Shown: in pieces, positions 29,587-42,848 of the stretch | Layout of the letters: each line of letters begins with the position of its first letter | Numbering within the stretch: the stretch's first letter is position 1 | DNA from: Octopus sinensis | Lineage: Eukaryota | Assembly: GCF_006345805.1 (NCBI RefSeq) | Contig: NC_043011.1 | Span: 61,578,464 to 61,642,463 of the forward strand | DNA length: 64,000 nt | Direction: 5' to 3' | The notes under the pieces: generated by a model | What the model saw: the letters and a program-made list of their open reading frames with translations, nothing else | Databases searched by the model: none | What the model was told of the DNA's origin: nothing | Made by a program: the position numbers and the translations under genes

Positions 29587-32500
29587 CATACATACATACA
29601 TACATGCATACATACATACATACATACATACATGCATACATACATACATACTTACATACATGCATACATACATACATACATACATACATACATGCATACA
29701 TAGGTACGTACATACATACATACATACATGCATACATACATACATACATACATACATGCATACATACATACACACATACATACATACATACATGCATACA
29801 TACATACATGCATACATACATACATACATACATACATGCATACATACATACATACTTACATACATGCATACATACATACATACATACATACATACATGCA
29901 TACATAGGTACGTACATACATACATACATACATGCATACATACATACATACATACATACATACATACATACATACATACATACATACATACATACATACA
30001 TACATGCATACATACATACATGCATACATACATACATACATACATACATACATACATACATGCATACATACATACATACATACATACATACATACATACA
30101 TACATGCATACATACATACATACATACATACATGCATACATACATACATACTTACATACATGCATACATACATACATACATACATACATACATGCATACA
30201 TAGGTACGTACATACATACATACATACATACATACATACATACATACATACATGCATACATACATACATGCATACATACATACATACATACATACATACA
30301 TACATACATACATACATACATACATACATGCATACATACATACATGCATACATACATACATACATACATACATACATACATACATACATACATACATACA
30401 TACATACATACATACATACATACATAGGTACGTACATATTCACACACACATGGCACTGTCAACATGTGCAGGTGTAGAGGGTTGAAAGATTGCGTTTTGA
30501 ATGCCTTCGTCTTGAAAATGTCGACTTCTCCAGCCTAAATCGGTAACTGGTTTATGTCTACAATTAGTAATCAGTGAAACTTCTTTTACTCACTAACGGA
30601 GCAGATTGAACAGATTTTAAAATATACATCTACACCGCGTGGAATATTGGTAACACGATTATGACTGAAACTAAGAGCAGCACAGATGAAACTAACGACG
30701 CCGCCACCGAGGAAAACAGAAATAATTCACCAGAAAGTTATTTAGGAAAACTTAAGTACTCTTCTCATTTTGCTTGGACTCAACAACTAAACTAAGATTT
30801 ACTTCGGTGCTATGAAAAATCCCGGAAACACGAAGCGATTAAAACAACAGTTAAACACCTTCACGGCGAAACAGCTCCGACAACAAAAGCATCTTTTATA
30901 AAAATAAAAAAAAAACAAGTGGCCCTCAATCCTCCCGAAGCACTGAGGAATGGGCCAGAAATTGTCGGATGTGCTGCAAAAAATAATGTAAACAAACCAC
31001 CGCTCCCGCCATCGCTAAATTCGAGTGTGTTTCCAAATTCATCTCAGTAGCGAAGACTGCGGAATATAGCCAACTGAAAAAAAAAAAAATTTTAAGTTAC
31101 AATTCGCAAAAGAAATTTGCAATTTACTCCAAACTTTCGTTGAGTAACAGACCATTCCCAGCAAGAGTGAGAAAAAATCCGACCGATCTAATGTTTAAAG
31201 TTATCAACGATGTCACTGGAGAGCATATGGAATCATGTGATATTAATTACTGGAATATGAATACTCTTATATAAACAGCCGCTATTACTCTTAAAGAACA
31301 CCTACGAGAAATCTACAGTGAACAAAGTAACAAAATTACTAAACAGAAACGACGTAGATGGAAAACAAAACTTGAAAACAATCAACAACGCGCGCCGCCA
31401 TATTGGATGGTTAACTACAACAATAAAATGTAAGGAGAAAAATGAGTTTACACCTCACCAACTTTTCCTTAGAGAAAAATTAACAAAACTTTATGGCAAA
31501 CCTTTACACAGAGCTTTTGAGGGAAAGCTGATCACTTTAAAATATGAACTGAGGACGATGTGCGAGACTCTGCACTATCGCATGCGATTATTTGAACGAG
31601 GCAGGATCAATCGCAAGTTTGCTTCCAACCCACAAACATTATACAGAGAGATGAGGAAGGAAAATATTACCATTAATGAAGCTCCCTCCCAAGAAGATCT
31701 ACAATCATTCTGGTCAAAAATTTGGAACGAAAAGAAGGATTTCAACCTGAATGCATCATGGTTAATTACAGGTATAAACCTGAACTTGTAAACTCGTATG
31801 GTACTTTGGCTTGTAATAAAGAAACTCTTGCAAATAACAGCCTAAACGTCGCAGCCCGTTCGAGCTTTAATCACACGGAAAAGCGCAAGCAATTCTGTGT
31901 CGGGAAACATGAGAAACTTGAAGTTGAGGAGTTTTTGAAAAGCGTCTTGCTTTCAGTGGTGTGACAACATTACATACGAATGGGAAAGTGCACAAGCATA
32001 ATTTTGGCATTTGGTGGGATGTAAATCCCCATGTCACAGTTGAGCACATAAGGGACCCACTGAAAGTGAATGCATTCTGCGCAATCTCCAAGAATCGTCT
32101 ATATAGACCGTTTTTTTTATTTCAGGGAAACGTGACCAGCGACGTTTAGCTGCAAATTCTTCAGAGATAGTTATTTGAGAAGCCCAGTGCAAATGAGCAT
32201 GAACACGTAATTTTCCAACAGGATAGGGCTTCACCTCACAGGAATCTCACTGTGAGGGCGTATCTCAATGAGATGGATCGGGTGTGCTAATGACATTGAT
32301 AATGTGCTGTTAAAATGGCCACCACGTTCACCTGAGAATGCTGCGTAAGACATGCTGCAGTATGTTTGGCAGGAGCTGCACTACCGACTTGACTTGTGTC
32401 GTGTGACAGACGATGCGCACATTGAACATTTGTGAAACTTTGTGAAATGGGTTATAAAATATACATCCCACTGAATCTCTTGTTCCAATTTTGATAAATA

Positions 32501-34223
32501 ATTGTTTATCGTTCAACATGAAGCCTATTTAAATATGTCTGCTTGTCTTTGTACTTGTGTATGTGCCGCCCCACAACGGCTCGACAGATCATATTATCAT
32601 AGTTTCTTTACGTCCCCGTAACCTAGCGCTTTGGCCAACGAGACTGATAGACTAATACCAGATTTTTAAAATCTGAACTGGGATCGACTTGCTTGAACAA
32701 ATCTTTGTTAGAGTGGTGTTTAGCATGGCTGCAGCTCAAATGTTTGGACCAGTAAATTGAAATACGATTGCTTATTTTGTAAATAAACGTGCTTCTTTTT
32801 TCAAAACTTTGATTTTGAAACCTGAGAAATAGTGTTGAAGGGCTTGAAATCGCATCATAAATTTACAACCGTAGTTGTTTGGAAAATTGTTCAGTTATAC
32901 CCAGTGTTAATCATTAAGATTAGATAATCGTAAAGCCATCTTACCTGTGCAAAATGTCTTAAAGGTATCAACGAAGACAGGAAGACACGACGGTTTAACT
33001 TTCTCTATACATTCAATATTCATTCTCACTCGCCTGGAAACGAACATCAGTTTATAAGTATTTTAGAAAACTGTGGACAGCTTATCTTTAAGTAATTTGC
33101 ACTATTTGTAAACTCTTTCATTGTGGAAGTTAGATACATCTATAATAATAATAATAATAATAATGAAATTATTGTATACAGTGCTCAGGTGCACCACAAC
33201 TTGTCAAAAGTGCGTATAAAGTATATGCAGTAATGTACAAACGTCTGGAAATCGAACAGTGTATGAGTCAGATCCATGCTTGCATGTGTATGGAGGGGGG
33301 AAAATCAGGTGTAGTGTTGGCGAATCTCAGGAAGCATGGATGTTTTGAAGGATGCAGTGCTCCGACAACTAACAACTGATGCCGGCAGTTTGTTCCATGC
33401 TTCAGCAACCCTTAGCGTGAAAAAATGTTTCCGAAAGTCATGGGAGCTGTGCTGTTTTCTGACTTTGTAAACATGTCCACGGGTGTTAGACAGGTAGAGT
33501 TTGAAAAGGTGCTCGGAGTTATTGTTTGTAAGATGGTTAATAATTTTATTCAAAACTTCATTACATTTCATTATGGAAAATCGCTTTGTATAACAATCTA
33601 TCCTTTCTTGACGATTGTGACGTCTGAAACTATTTTTGTTGTGGAGCATATTAAGGAAGCGTGACTTACAAAAAATAGTAAATCTGTTTTGGCTTTTAAC
33701 ATCATTACTGAATAACCATAAAAATTCAATTCATAGTTAAAGTGTTGAAACCTACTAAAGTAGACAAACTATTATAAAATTAATAGTATTACTTTCCTTT
33801 TTGACACTGCGACAGCGGATCACTTCTTGGTCTAATTTCTCATTCGGAGTTCTAATATTGACTGCAATAGTACTCACCGGGATTTAATTTATCTAAAACT
33901 GTGTGAATTCGTGTCAATGTTAGAAACCGTCGTTATATTTAGTGATCTGTAAAACTAGCCATTGGATGCCATAATAGGTAGAGCACTAAACATAATGTTT
34001 GGGGGTATATTTTCTTTCTAGTCACAAATCTTGTAGAGGAGGTAGCATAGTGGTTATGGTGTTGCACTTACAATCGCGAGTTTCGATTCACGGTCCGGGT
34101 GGTATGTTGTCTCCTTAAGTAGTAATGTTCGGAAAGGATACTTTTTCCCAAATCCTATTCAGTAGACATTTCAGTTACATACTTTATGTATTATGCATCA
34201 TTCAAGTAATAGTTTGGCTTTTA

Positions 34224-34318
<95 letters not shown>

Positions 34319-34441
34319 CTTCACTGCCTGGAAACGGACTCGGAATCTTGGAGTTAGTAACCCACGGGCATATGGCGTAGTGGCTAAGAGTGCGGGCTAC
34401 TAACCAAGATTCCGAGTTTGTTTCCATGCGGTGGCCTGAAA

Positions 34442-34505
<64 letters not shown>

Positions 34506-36572
34506 TGGAAAAATACCTTAGGAATGAGAACCCAGGTTCCAAATTTCTCCAAGACACCTGATGAAGGCTGGTGGGTATATCAGCCGAAACATTGTGTTAA
34601 CAACAAGCAAGATGAGAACAAATATTCGTCAAATGTAAATAATGTAAATAATGGTAATATGTAGTTTATATGATTGCTTTTAAAGATTAATTAATATGCA
34701 AATGACTGCTGTGATAATATAGTAATAGCCGTAGTTAAGGGAAACTTACTTGCAGTGATGCACATCATGTCTCGATTCCGGGAAACTTATCCAGGAATCA
34801 GGACACAATTCTTTAGACGAGCACGTTATATTCCGAGCAGCGCCTGCAACTTTAAAATATATTTCTTGAAATTATGCACTGTTTTTACCGCATTGAAAAA
34901 ATATTACGAATTGCAATATAAGTAAAACATGTTACTCTAGTCTGAAGCCATCTTAAAATTAGCTGAAAACTATCGCGATCGGACATTGTTGGAGCCAAGA
35001 TTTTTGTTTTAGATCTGTGAGTTTGTGTGCGGAGCGACTAGTTTTGTGTAGAGATACTTTTCGTAATTTTTTAAGACTATTATTTATCACAATAATTATA
35101 AACCGTATTATAATTATTATAATAATTATAGACTGTATTATAATCATTGTAATCATAGACGTATTATAATTATCATGATTACCATAGACCTTATTATGAT
35201 TATTATAATGTTTCCTCTTAATGCAAGTGTATCTCTTGCCTTTCAACTTTATCTTGTTTCAGCCAATGGACTGCGACCATGCTGAGGCAGTACATTGACG
35301 GTCGAATAGATTGATCTCAGTACTTCTATTTTAAGTGCAGTATTTATCCAATCGACTATTTTGGACGAGCCACTGAGTTACAGTCACTTGACCATTTGCT
35401 GGGAGACAAGCATAAACAATCACAAAAATATGATACAATTGGGGGACAAGTCATTTCATCCACATTTTCATCATATTCATAAATCATCCGAAATGTATTT
35501 ATGTGACCCCCCAATGTCTCGTTTTGTCTGTTCTTGTGGTGTCCCCTTTTTATAAAGGTCATATGCATAAATAAAAGAAAGGAATCTATTGGATATATTT
35601 CTCAAAATATTTCAGTCCCCCCACACCACAAAAAATAAATTATTTGTGACTGTCATCTAAAAGGCCGAACATTCGAGGAAATACCTTTTTAAATGTAAAA
35701 GAAAATCAGTAAATTATTGTAAATTTATTATCTCCCCTACTTTCTACCTCTCTTGTCAAACCTTTTTTTCCCAACCAGCCACCATAATTTTTCGCTAAAT
35801 TCACGAGATTGTTTATTCTCTCTCTCTCTTTATTTTCTCTTATTCCTTTCTGCTGAAGAGCATAGGCTCGAAACGTAAAAGACTTTCTCACTTTCCCAAG
35901 CATCAAACTAATACACCTGCTTATTGTTCATACACCTGTCTTCGTCTTTTGTTTTTCTGTGAATTTCAACTACACACACATACAGACACGTACTCACACA
36001 TACACCCACACACACCCATACACACATACATCTTCCAACACATATATCTAGAGTGTGTGCATAAACGTATATATATATGTATGTGCGTGCGTTTGTGTTT
36101 CTGTGCGCTTGCGACTGTATGCGTGTGTGTGTATGTGTGTGTGTATGTGTGTTTGTGTGTGTGCGCATGTTTGTACTTCACCAATTCTCGACACCAGCGT
36201 TAGATTGCTTATAGCTCCGTAACATAGCAGTCCGGCAACGGGACCGATACAATAAATGCCCGAATCAAAAAAGAAGTACTGGGATCCATTTCCCCATCAC
36301 AAATCCTTCAAGAAATTGAACCTGCATTGTCGCAATCCCATGACTCAAACGACCAATAAATAAAAGAATCTGAATCTAATATCTAAAAGTTTGTATCACT
36401 TTCAAATCTCTGCTGAATAATTGTATTAGAATCTCTTTGTTCCGAAACACCGACAAGAAAAAGAAAACCTCGTTGCATTTCGATTTGTTGATTAAAGACA
36501 CAGATTAAATACGAACTTTTTACAAGGATACTCACCAACAATGAAAAGAGAAAGACATAGAAAATGTGTCAT
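26276..36572 (-). CDS. Gene D, complete, 4 coding exons, 112 aa six-cysteine protein with an extended C-terminus
   Basis: join(36572-36536, 34843-34750, 33033-32945, 26394-26276), GT-AG, phases 1/2/1: [112 protein letters not shown]. Sequon NIT. Confidence 0.87.
26430..26812 (-). mobile_element. SINE family 2
   Basis: Reverse complement of 17510-17884. Confidence 0.85.
27277..30432. repeat. (TACA)n / (CATA)n array of about 3.15 kb with variant units, inside intron 3 of gene D
   Basis: Directly visible; source of the 300-1100 aa YVCM and HTYI pseudo-ORFs. Confidence 0.98.
30600..31762 (+). mobile_element. Degenerate 5' portion of an R4/Dong-like non-LTR retrotransposon
   Basis: INRKFASNPQTLYREM...PSQEDLQSFWSKIWNEKKDFNLNASWL resembles the pre-RT region of R4-clade ORFs. 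Confidence 0.65.
31940..32520 (+). mobile_element. Degenerate, internally deleted Tc1/mariner (DD37D-like) transposase
   Basis: KVNAFCAISKNRLYRPFF, FQQDRASPH, WPPRSP, LQYVWQELHYRLDLCRVT. Confidence 0.75.
32945..33033 (-). CDS. Gene D exon 3 (RVRMNIECIEKVKPSCLPVFVDTFKTFCT)
   Basis: gtttccag acceptor, CAG|GTAAGA donor, 89 nt. Confidence 0.88.
33140..33545 (-). mobile_element. 3' fragment of a second CR1-group LINE with (TTA)n tail
   Basis: TRGHVYKVRKQHSSHDFRKHFFTLRVAEAWNKLPASVVSCRSTASFK is the typical CR1 ORF2 C-terminus. Confidence 0.85.
34750..34843 (-). CDS. Gene D exon 2 (GAARNITCSSKELCPDSWISFPESRHDVHHC-K)
   Basis: gttgcag acceptor, gtaagt donor, 94 nt. Confidence 0.88.
36536..36572 (-). 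CDS. Gene D exon 1 (signal peptide [13 protein letters not shown])
   Basis: 37 nt, GTTG|GTGAGT donor. Confidence 0.85.
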
Positions 36573-36663
36573 CTTCGACATTCTCAAACCCAATATCTTA
36601 TGAAATAGCCGTACATACATACCTAGGCGCCTGGACACACACACACACGCACACGCACACGCA

Positions 36664-36706
<43 letters not shown>

Positions 36707-36951
36707 ATGAGTGTGCACGGGTTTGTTTGAGTGTGTTCTATATGTTTTAAATATGATTTGGCAGCTCTTTGCTCTTATGTCATTCATAATGTAATTAGAT
36801 ATATTGTGACGTAGTGAAGAGTTTGGTTAACTATAAAACCAATTTCAGTGATTCGGCTAGGATGTCGAAATGTGATTGAAACCTACGTTCTGGTTATTGG
36901 GAAATGATTTTCATTTTTATTCTGGATTTTCTTAAGCAATTCTTGCATATA

Positions 36952-38229
36952 TCTCTATATCTCTCTCTATATATAAAAGGTAGTTTGTCTGTCTGTGTGT
37001 CTGTCAGTATGTGTGTCTGTCTGTGAGTCTATCAGGTTGTACCCTCACCCTGACTTCGGCTTTCAACCGATTCTGATGAAACTTGACACACACATAGCCC
37101 AATGTCATAATTCAAAGCTAACGCAGCAAAAATTTTGAAAAGTTCCCCCAGTTCTCAAAAAAATCGATAAATTCGACATGGGGTCGAGAATCTAAGCTTA
37201 TCATATGCAACACATATTCCGTTGTAGTTTTCGCAACTTGCAATCGATTTTCACCAAACTCATGGTGGAGCTTAATGTTACCCTAAGGAACTTAATTCTG
37301 ACGTTAGTTTTCCATGCAATTCCTTATTTGGGAAATCGCGTTCAAATTCAAGATGACATATTTTCGACAATATCTTTAACAAATTGGCAGGAATTTTTTT
37401 GAAATTCACAGCGAGCATCATGTCTACTCCAAGGAGCTATATGGCCATTTTGATTCCAATAGGATACGTTATTACTGGAAAAAATCGGTTAATTACATCA
37501 TATGTGGCACACATAGCAAACCGATTTTTCTGCGATATCTTTTGAAAGTTCACATAGATTTTCCCTACACCGATGTTGGACATCAAGTTTGCATTAAATG
37601 TCAAACTAACGACAATTTGTCAATGCAGTTAACAAGTATTGGGAGAAATCGATAAAACCATATCACTTTGAGACCGACCATGCGAACGGTCAACTCCACG
37701 TGGGCTGTTCACGCGTTGGGAGGCGCAATGATGCTTTCATGTTTTCGCCCAAAGGGACAGCTAGGAAGGTCATATACACAGAAGTATTGGAGTGAGGAGA
37801 AGACGTTGCCTTCGTTCCCTAGAGAGAAAGGACTATATCGGGATTAGTCGTTGTCTGCTAGAGGCTCCCGAGCCCCCTTTCGCTAGACTTAAGTTAGGAT
37901 TAGGTAGGGCTTAGCTGTGGTCCGAACCCAGCTTGGGTTCGGGGGGGTGGTATCAAAAGGGCCGGCATGTGCAACCTTATTACCTCTGCCTGTCAAACTC
38001 CCAACCCATGCGTTCCCGTTGCGACACTGATCCCGCAGAACTAGGTTGGGTGTGCTAAACAAAACCAGAAAATGCACTTTGACTGCATGCCTTGAATGCC
38101 TTCATGCCTTTTAGGTTTCATTTTACAAAATAACGGTTCAATGAGTACAAAAAAGGGTAAAAAGGTAAAAGGCATTGCTTATCGACAAAGTTTCTTACAT
38201 AACCGGGAAACGCCGGGCTATGCCGCTAG
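36952..38229 (+). mobile_element. Non-autonomous Helitron-like element
   Basis: 5' TC..tatataaaag followed by (TGTC)n; 3' hairpin ccgggaaacgccggg then CTAG|T at 38226-38230. Confidence 0.75.
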
Positions 38230-38246
38230 TATTAAATTAAAATATA

Positions 38247-38323
<77 letters not shown>

Positions 38324-38474
38324 GCCATGAATCTGTCAGGCAATCTCATTCCGATACAAATAAGGAATCGGAAAATCTATACACACACGATTGTTTGATT
38401 TATGGGTGTATACATGCTTACACACACACAATCCCTCACAGAATGTCTACAAGAAGCAAATTCTTACCACACAA

Positions 38475-39180
38475 TCGTCCCTGATATACATACATACAGG
38501 GTACGGCGAATATATTTTGGTCTAAATAACTCAAAAATGCAAATAATATTGACAACTTATTTTAAGAGTTAAATTTACCAAAATTCCAGAGAAATATCTT
38601 GAAATACTAAAGAGTAAATTCATTCAATAAAATTGCCATTTGGCTCCAGATCACGAACTCCAGACCACTTCGGAATCTCTTGCAACTCTTCTGTGCGGTC
38701 TTCTTGATTAAGTTGGGGAATGCTGCCATAATCCTTGCCTTCAATTCATCTTTGGTGTTGCAAGGAGTTGTGTTGGGCTCTCGCTCTCCAGCGCCTCAAC
38801 ATAATAATCAAGAGGGTTGCAGTCTGGGGAGTTAGGTGGCCAAATGTTAGGAGTGATGTGGTCGCAGAGATTGTGTGACAGTCACAACTGGGTTCTCCTG
38901 CTTGTGTGGCATGATACAGAGTCCTGTTATCAGACGTTGGGTCTTCCAGCAGCTATCCTCTTGACCCAGGGCAGTACTACCTCCTCCAGGCACTTCATGT
39001 AGGCCTCCGTGTCGAGTGTGAGGACCCGTGGGAGAAGAATGGGAGCATAACGTCGCCATCACTAGTGATCACTCCAAACAGCAAGATACTGACTGGGTGT
39101 TTAATTTTTTTCACTCTTGGTACATGTCTTCATATTGCACTGTCTTCAGATTGGCACCCAAACATTCTGCAATGTTCGTA
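38475..39180 (-). mobile_element. 3' half of a Tc1/mariner (maT/rosa-like) transposase pseudogene
   Basis: KHPVSILLFGVITSDGDV, PWVKRIAAGRPNV**QDS..CHTS, WPPNSPDCNPLDYYV; TA-CAGGGT terminus at about 38475. Confidence 0.8.
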
Positions 39181-39919
39181 TTAAATGAAATAGAATGATT
39201 ATGAAATCTAGATTTCCAAATTGTAGCAGACCAATCCATGTAATAATACGTAATATTCCCTTACATTGCTTCACTATATTCCTTCTCGAACTTTGATTTT
39301 CTAAAGGGAAGATATAATTTTGATTTCAAAATTACAATGGCTTTTATTCCCATGCATATATTGCTTATGGTTAAAAGTGTCGGTACTAATCTCCCTCTGA
39401 GAAGTAGGTGTTAAAGCAGGATTGCTACTAGTATTATAATAATAATAATTATTATTATTATTACTAAGTGTTAACTTAACTGTATTATTAGAGTCGGAGT
39501 TACTTTTACTTAATGTATCAACATTTAGTTCAGGAAATTTATGATTAGATTTAATTCCACAATTCATGCTACACGTCTCAACAGATTTTGAGTTGAGATA
39601 CTGCTTCATTCGTTTGTTTTTTTTTTATGTGCTGTTATAAATTCAGCCAAATTTCTGGGGGCTGAATATAAAACAATTTTATACTATGGCGACTAAATAA
39701 TCTTTCATACTTACCGCTAGGTGTGAAATATTTATCAATTGCAGCAAAACATTTCCGAGAAATAATAGCTATGGAATAGGTGAATGGTACATTATACGAG
39801 AAAATATTCCTTTATTTAGTCTTTTTATTATTTATATATACGTTTTCCATAGTGTTAACATTATCAATATTATATTTCCTTATGCTGTAATTTTTATTCG
39901 TAAAATTATACATATCTAG

Positions 39920-40128
<209 letters not shown>

Positions 40129-42756
40129 TATATACCAACCATATATTTAGTATCTAATAAATATTTAGTTGAATCTATTCTTAATCATAATAAAATATCG
40201 TCAATATTTCGTTTTTTACTGACCCCATTTGTATCGTTGTTACTATTATTGATCTTAAGATAAATAAGATAAATAACATTTCTGATGTATTTATTTTGAT
40301 TCTTATTACACTCGCTATCAAATTTCCTCTCATTCAATATTCTATCATTTACGGGAATGTTATTAGTATTTTGATTCTGGCTATAATAAAGTTTCTCCTT
40401 ATACCCAGCTTCAAATTTTCATTTTCTGCAAATACCGCCTCACAAGCCAAAAGCTTCGAAATAGGAGTTGACATAATTTTAGCGATAGAATTTGTGATAT
40501 TTCTAGAAAGGTTAGAATTTTTATTGACGTACATTAAGCACTCATTAACTTTATGAAATGATTTGTCTGGTTCGTGGTTTATAATCATAGCTTAATAAGC
40601 AGAAGTAATTGTACAACAGTGTGTTTATATATTGTGTGACTGAATGTTGAGGAAGGTGTATGGTACGGGGTTCGATCCCTGGATGAATTGTGAATTTGTT
40701 TTCGTTTGGCTAATGCCGGTTCTTCATCTTCCACATTCTGCAACTGATGTAACATTCACAGCGTCGTTGAAGAGAATAAAGTTTTAAAGCGGTCCAAATA
40801 CTGAAGATTACCTGTGGCTATTATAATTTATATTATCTAACTTCAATATATAATACATCATATTTTATTTTAATATAACAAAGTTTGTTTCACAGTTATG
40901 TTATGGTTCTTGAAAAAGGTGCAGGAAGTTATTTTTTGCTATATCGCTGATATCGTTGATAGTGTCTCTTGTTATATATACGTGTCTGTGTGTGTGTTTA
41001 TGTGTATGTGTGTGTGCGTGTGTGCGCGCATATTATCGCGACATATGCTATTTTGTTAGGCTGTAGATAGAGGCTCCGTCTGGAAATTCTTTCTTCAGTT
41101 TTGCTGACATTAGAGTGTCTGGCGTGAGTGGAGAGACCCGTGTGACATACTTGAGTGCAATGAGAGAATCATAAAGAGTTCTTTGGCACTTAGTTGTTGC
41201 TGCTGTATTCGCATTTACATCCACTCGCTCACGCACAAACATACATGCACACACACACACACACACCTCACACACACACACACACACACATATATATGTA
41301 TATAAGGCAATACGAATGTATAGCGTCGTATTTATTACGATTGCTATTTTCCAGTAAATATTGGTGCCTTGTACCAATTTTCTACTTTTATATATATATA
41401 TAAGTATATAAATGTGTGTGTGTTTGTGAGCGTATATATGTAAATGTATAAGGTGTGGGTGTATGTAACCATTTGTGCAATATATGTCCCATGTACACTA
41501 CCGGTTTGCCAAAATACAGAGCGCTGACACAACTATTCATTTTTAAAAGAATTTCTATTTTTTTATTATGATAGACTGACTTGTTTCCAAAGCTGTCGAA
41601 AACAGCTGTATCATTTATGGTGCGTACGGATGCTATGCTATAACAGAAATAACTGCAGAGAATGGTTTTTGCTCACTTCAAGAAAGGAAGATCCGACCGT
41701 AATGACATTACATATTCCCACCATCCTGTTCGGTTCGTCTACGAAAATCTGCGCCAGCCCAAAAGGGAAATGCCCAGCAGATAGCACCGTCTCAAGATAC
41801 CAGTGCCCGTTATCGTCACTCGACAGTAAATATCCAAAACACACTTTGAACGAAAGATATACACTTAACTACGACAGGTTTGCTCACTCGCCAACAGGTT
41901 TTTCGTGGACACAAACATATTTTTTACCGCATGGTCACCAGCGATTAAAAATAATATCATTCCGTCAATATGAAGGAGTAGAAAGCAACCAAACCTCCGA
42001 GACAGCGCAGAGCTGCATACAGAGAAGGAGATAGATTGCGTGTGGTGAGATTGGGTTCAAAGCAGCGTTTTAAGTTCAGCAATTGCATCGGCTCAACAAG
42101 GTAATCCATCTGGTGAAGAGATCTCACAGCTGACTAATTCGACACTAGAATGACCAACTTAAATAAACAAGGAAAAGAAACCTCGCAGTCTAGCAAACCT
42201 AGAGAGCAACGCAGATATATTTAGCAAAGATACATAAATTTCTTTTATTTCGGTTAGTATTTCTCTTCACACTCACTGCAGTCAAAACACAATTCAGGAA
42301 CTGATTACTGAGTAGGATATGAGCTGCAATGAGAAAAAACAAAACAGAATTGTTATTCGCATACCTTTCGTGAATGTGATGACAACTAATCTAGGTAAAT
42401 TCACTAAGAGAATAAAGATTATTTCGCACTAATATTACAAACTATTGATAATGCAGAGATGATATGAGATGTATTAGTGCCAGATAATAAATCTCATAAC
42501 ATGAATGCGATATTTCAATCATTATTAACCAGTCATCACAAAACATTACCGTGAGATATAACATTGTAACTGAAGGAGATGAAAGTTATTTTACGTTGTC
42601 ATTAAAAATATTAATAATCCAGAGATGATACGCTATTGATATAAATTCTGTGTCATATATTCTGAGAGTGAACTAGCAAGAGAAATCATGAATTGACTAT
42701 ATTCATATAAATATTCTCACATCAAATATATTCTTTTCAGTTATCTTTGAATTCCA

Positions 42757-42848
42757 TCACACCAGTATCGGTAAAATAAGAATTGGGAGTGTGGTATATG
42801 GAGACATAAAACACGTCGAAGCATGGGATTTAGGATGTAATGATCTAT
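42757..42848 (-). CDS. Gene E exon 4, coding part (DRSLHPKSHASTCFMSPYTTLPILILPILV*)
   Basis: ctattgcag acceptor; hydrophobic tail shared with gene F. Confidence 0.85.

Noticed and set aside
27149-30485. Very long ORFs (up to 1103 aa) of YVCM or HTYI repeats, and similar YI, LS, CV, poly-L and poly-R ORFs elsewhere
   Set aside because: Translations of (TACA)n, (TA)n, (TATC)n, (TG)n and (CTT)n microsatellites, which lack stop codons in several frames.
34040-34440. tRNA-like segments (gaggtagcatagtggtt..., ggcatatggcgtagtggctaag...)
   Set aside because: A and B box-like heads without a complete cloverleaf; decayed tRNA-derived SINE heads rather than tRNA genes.
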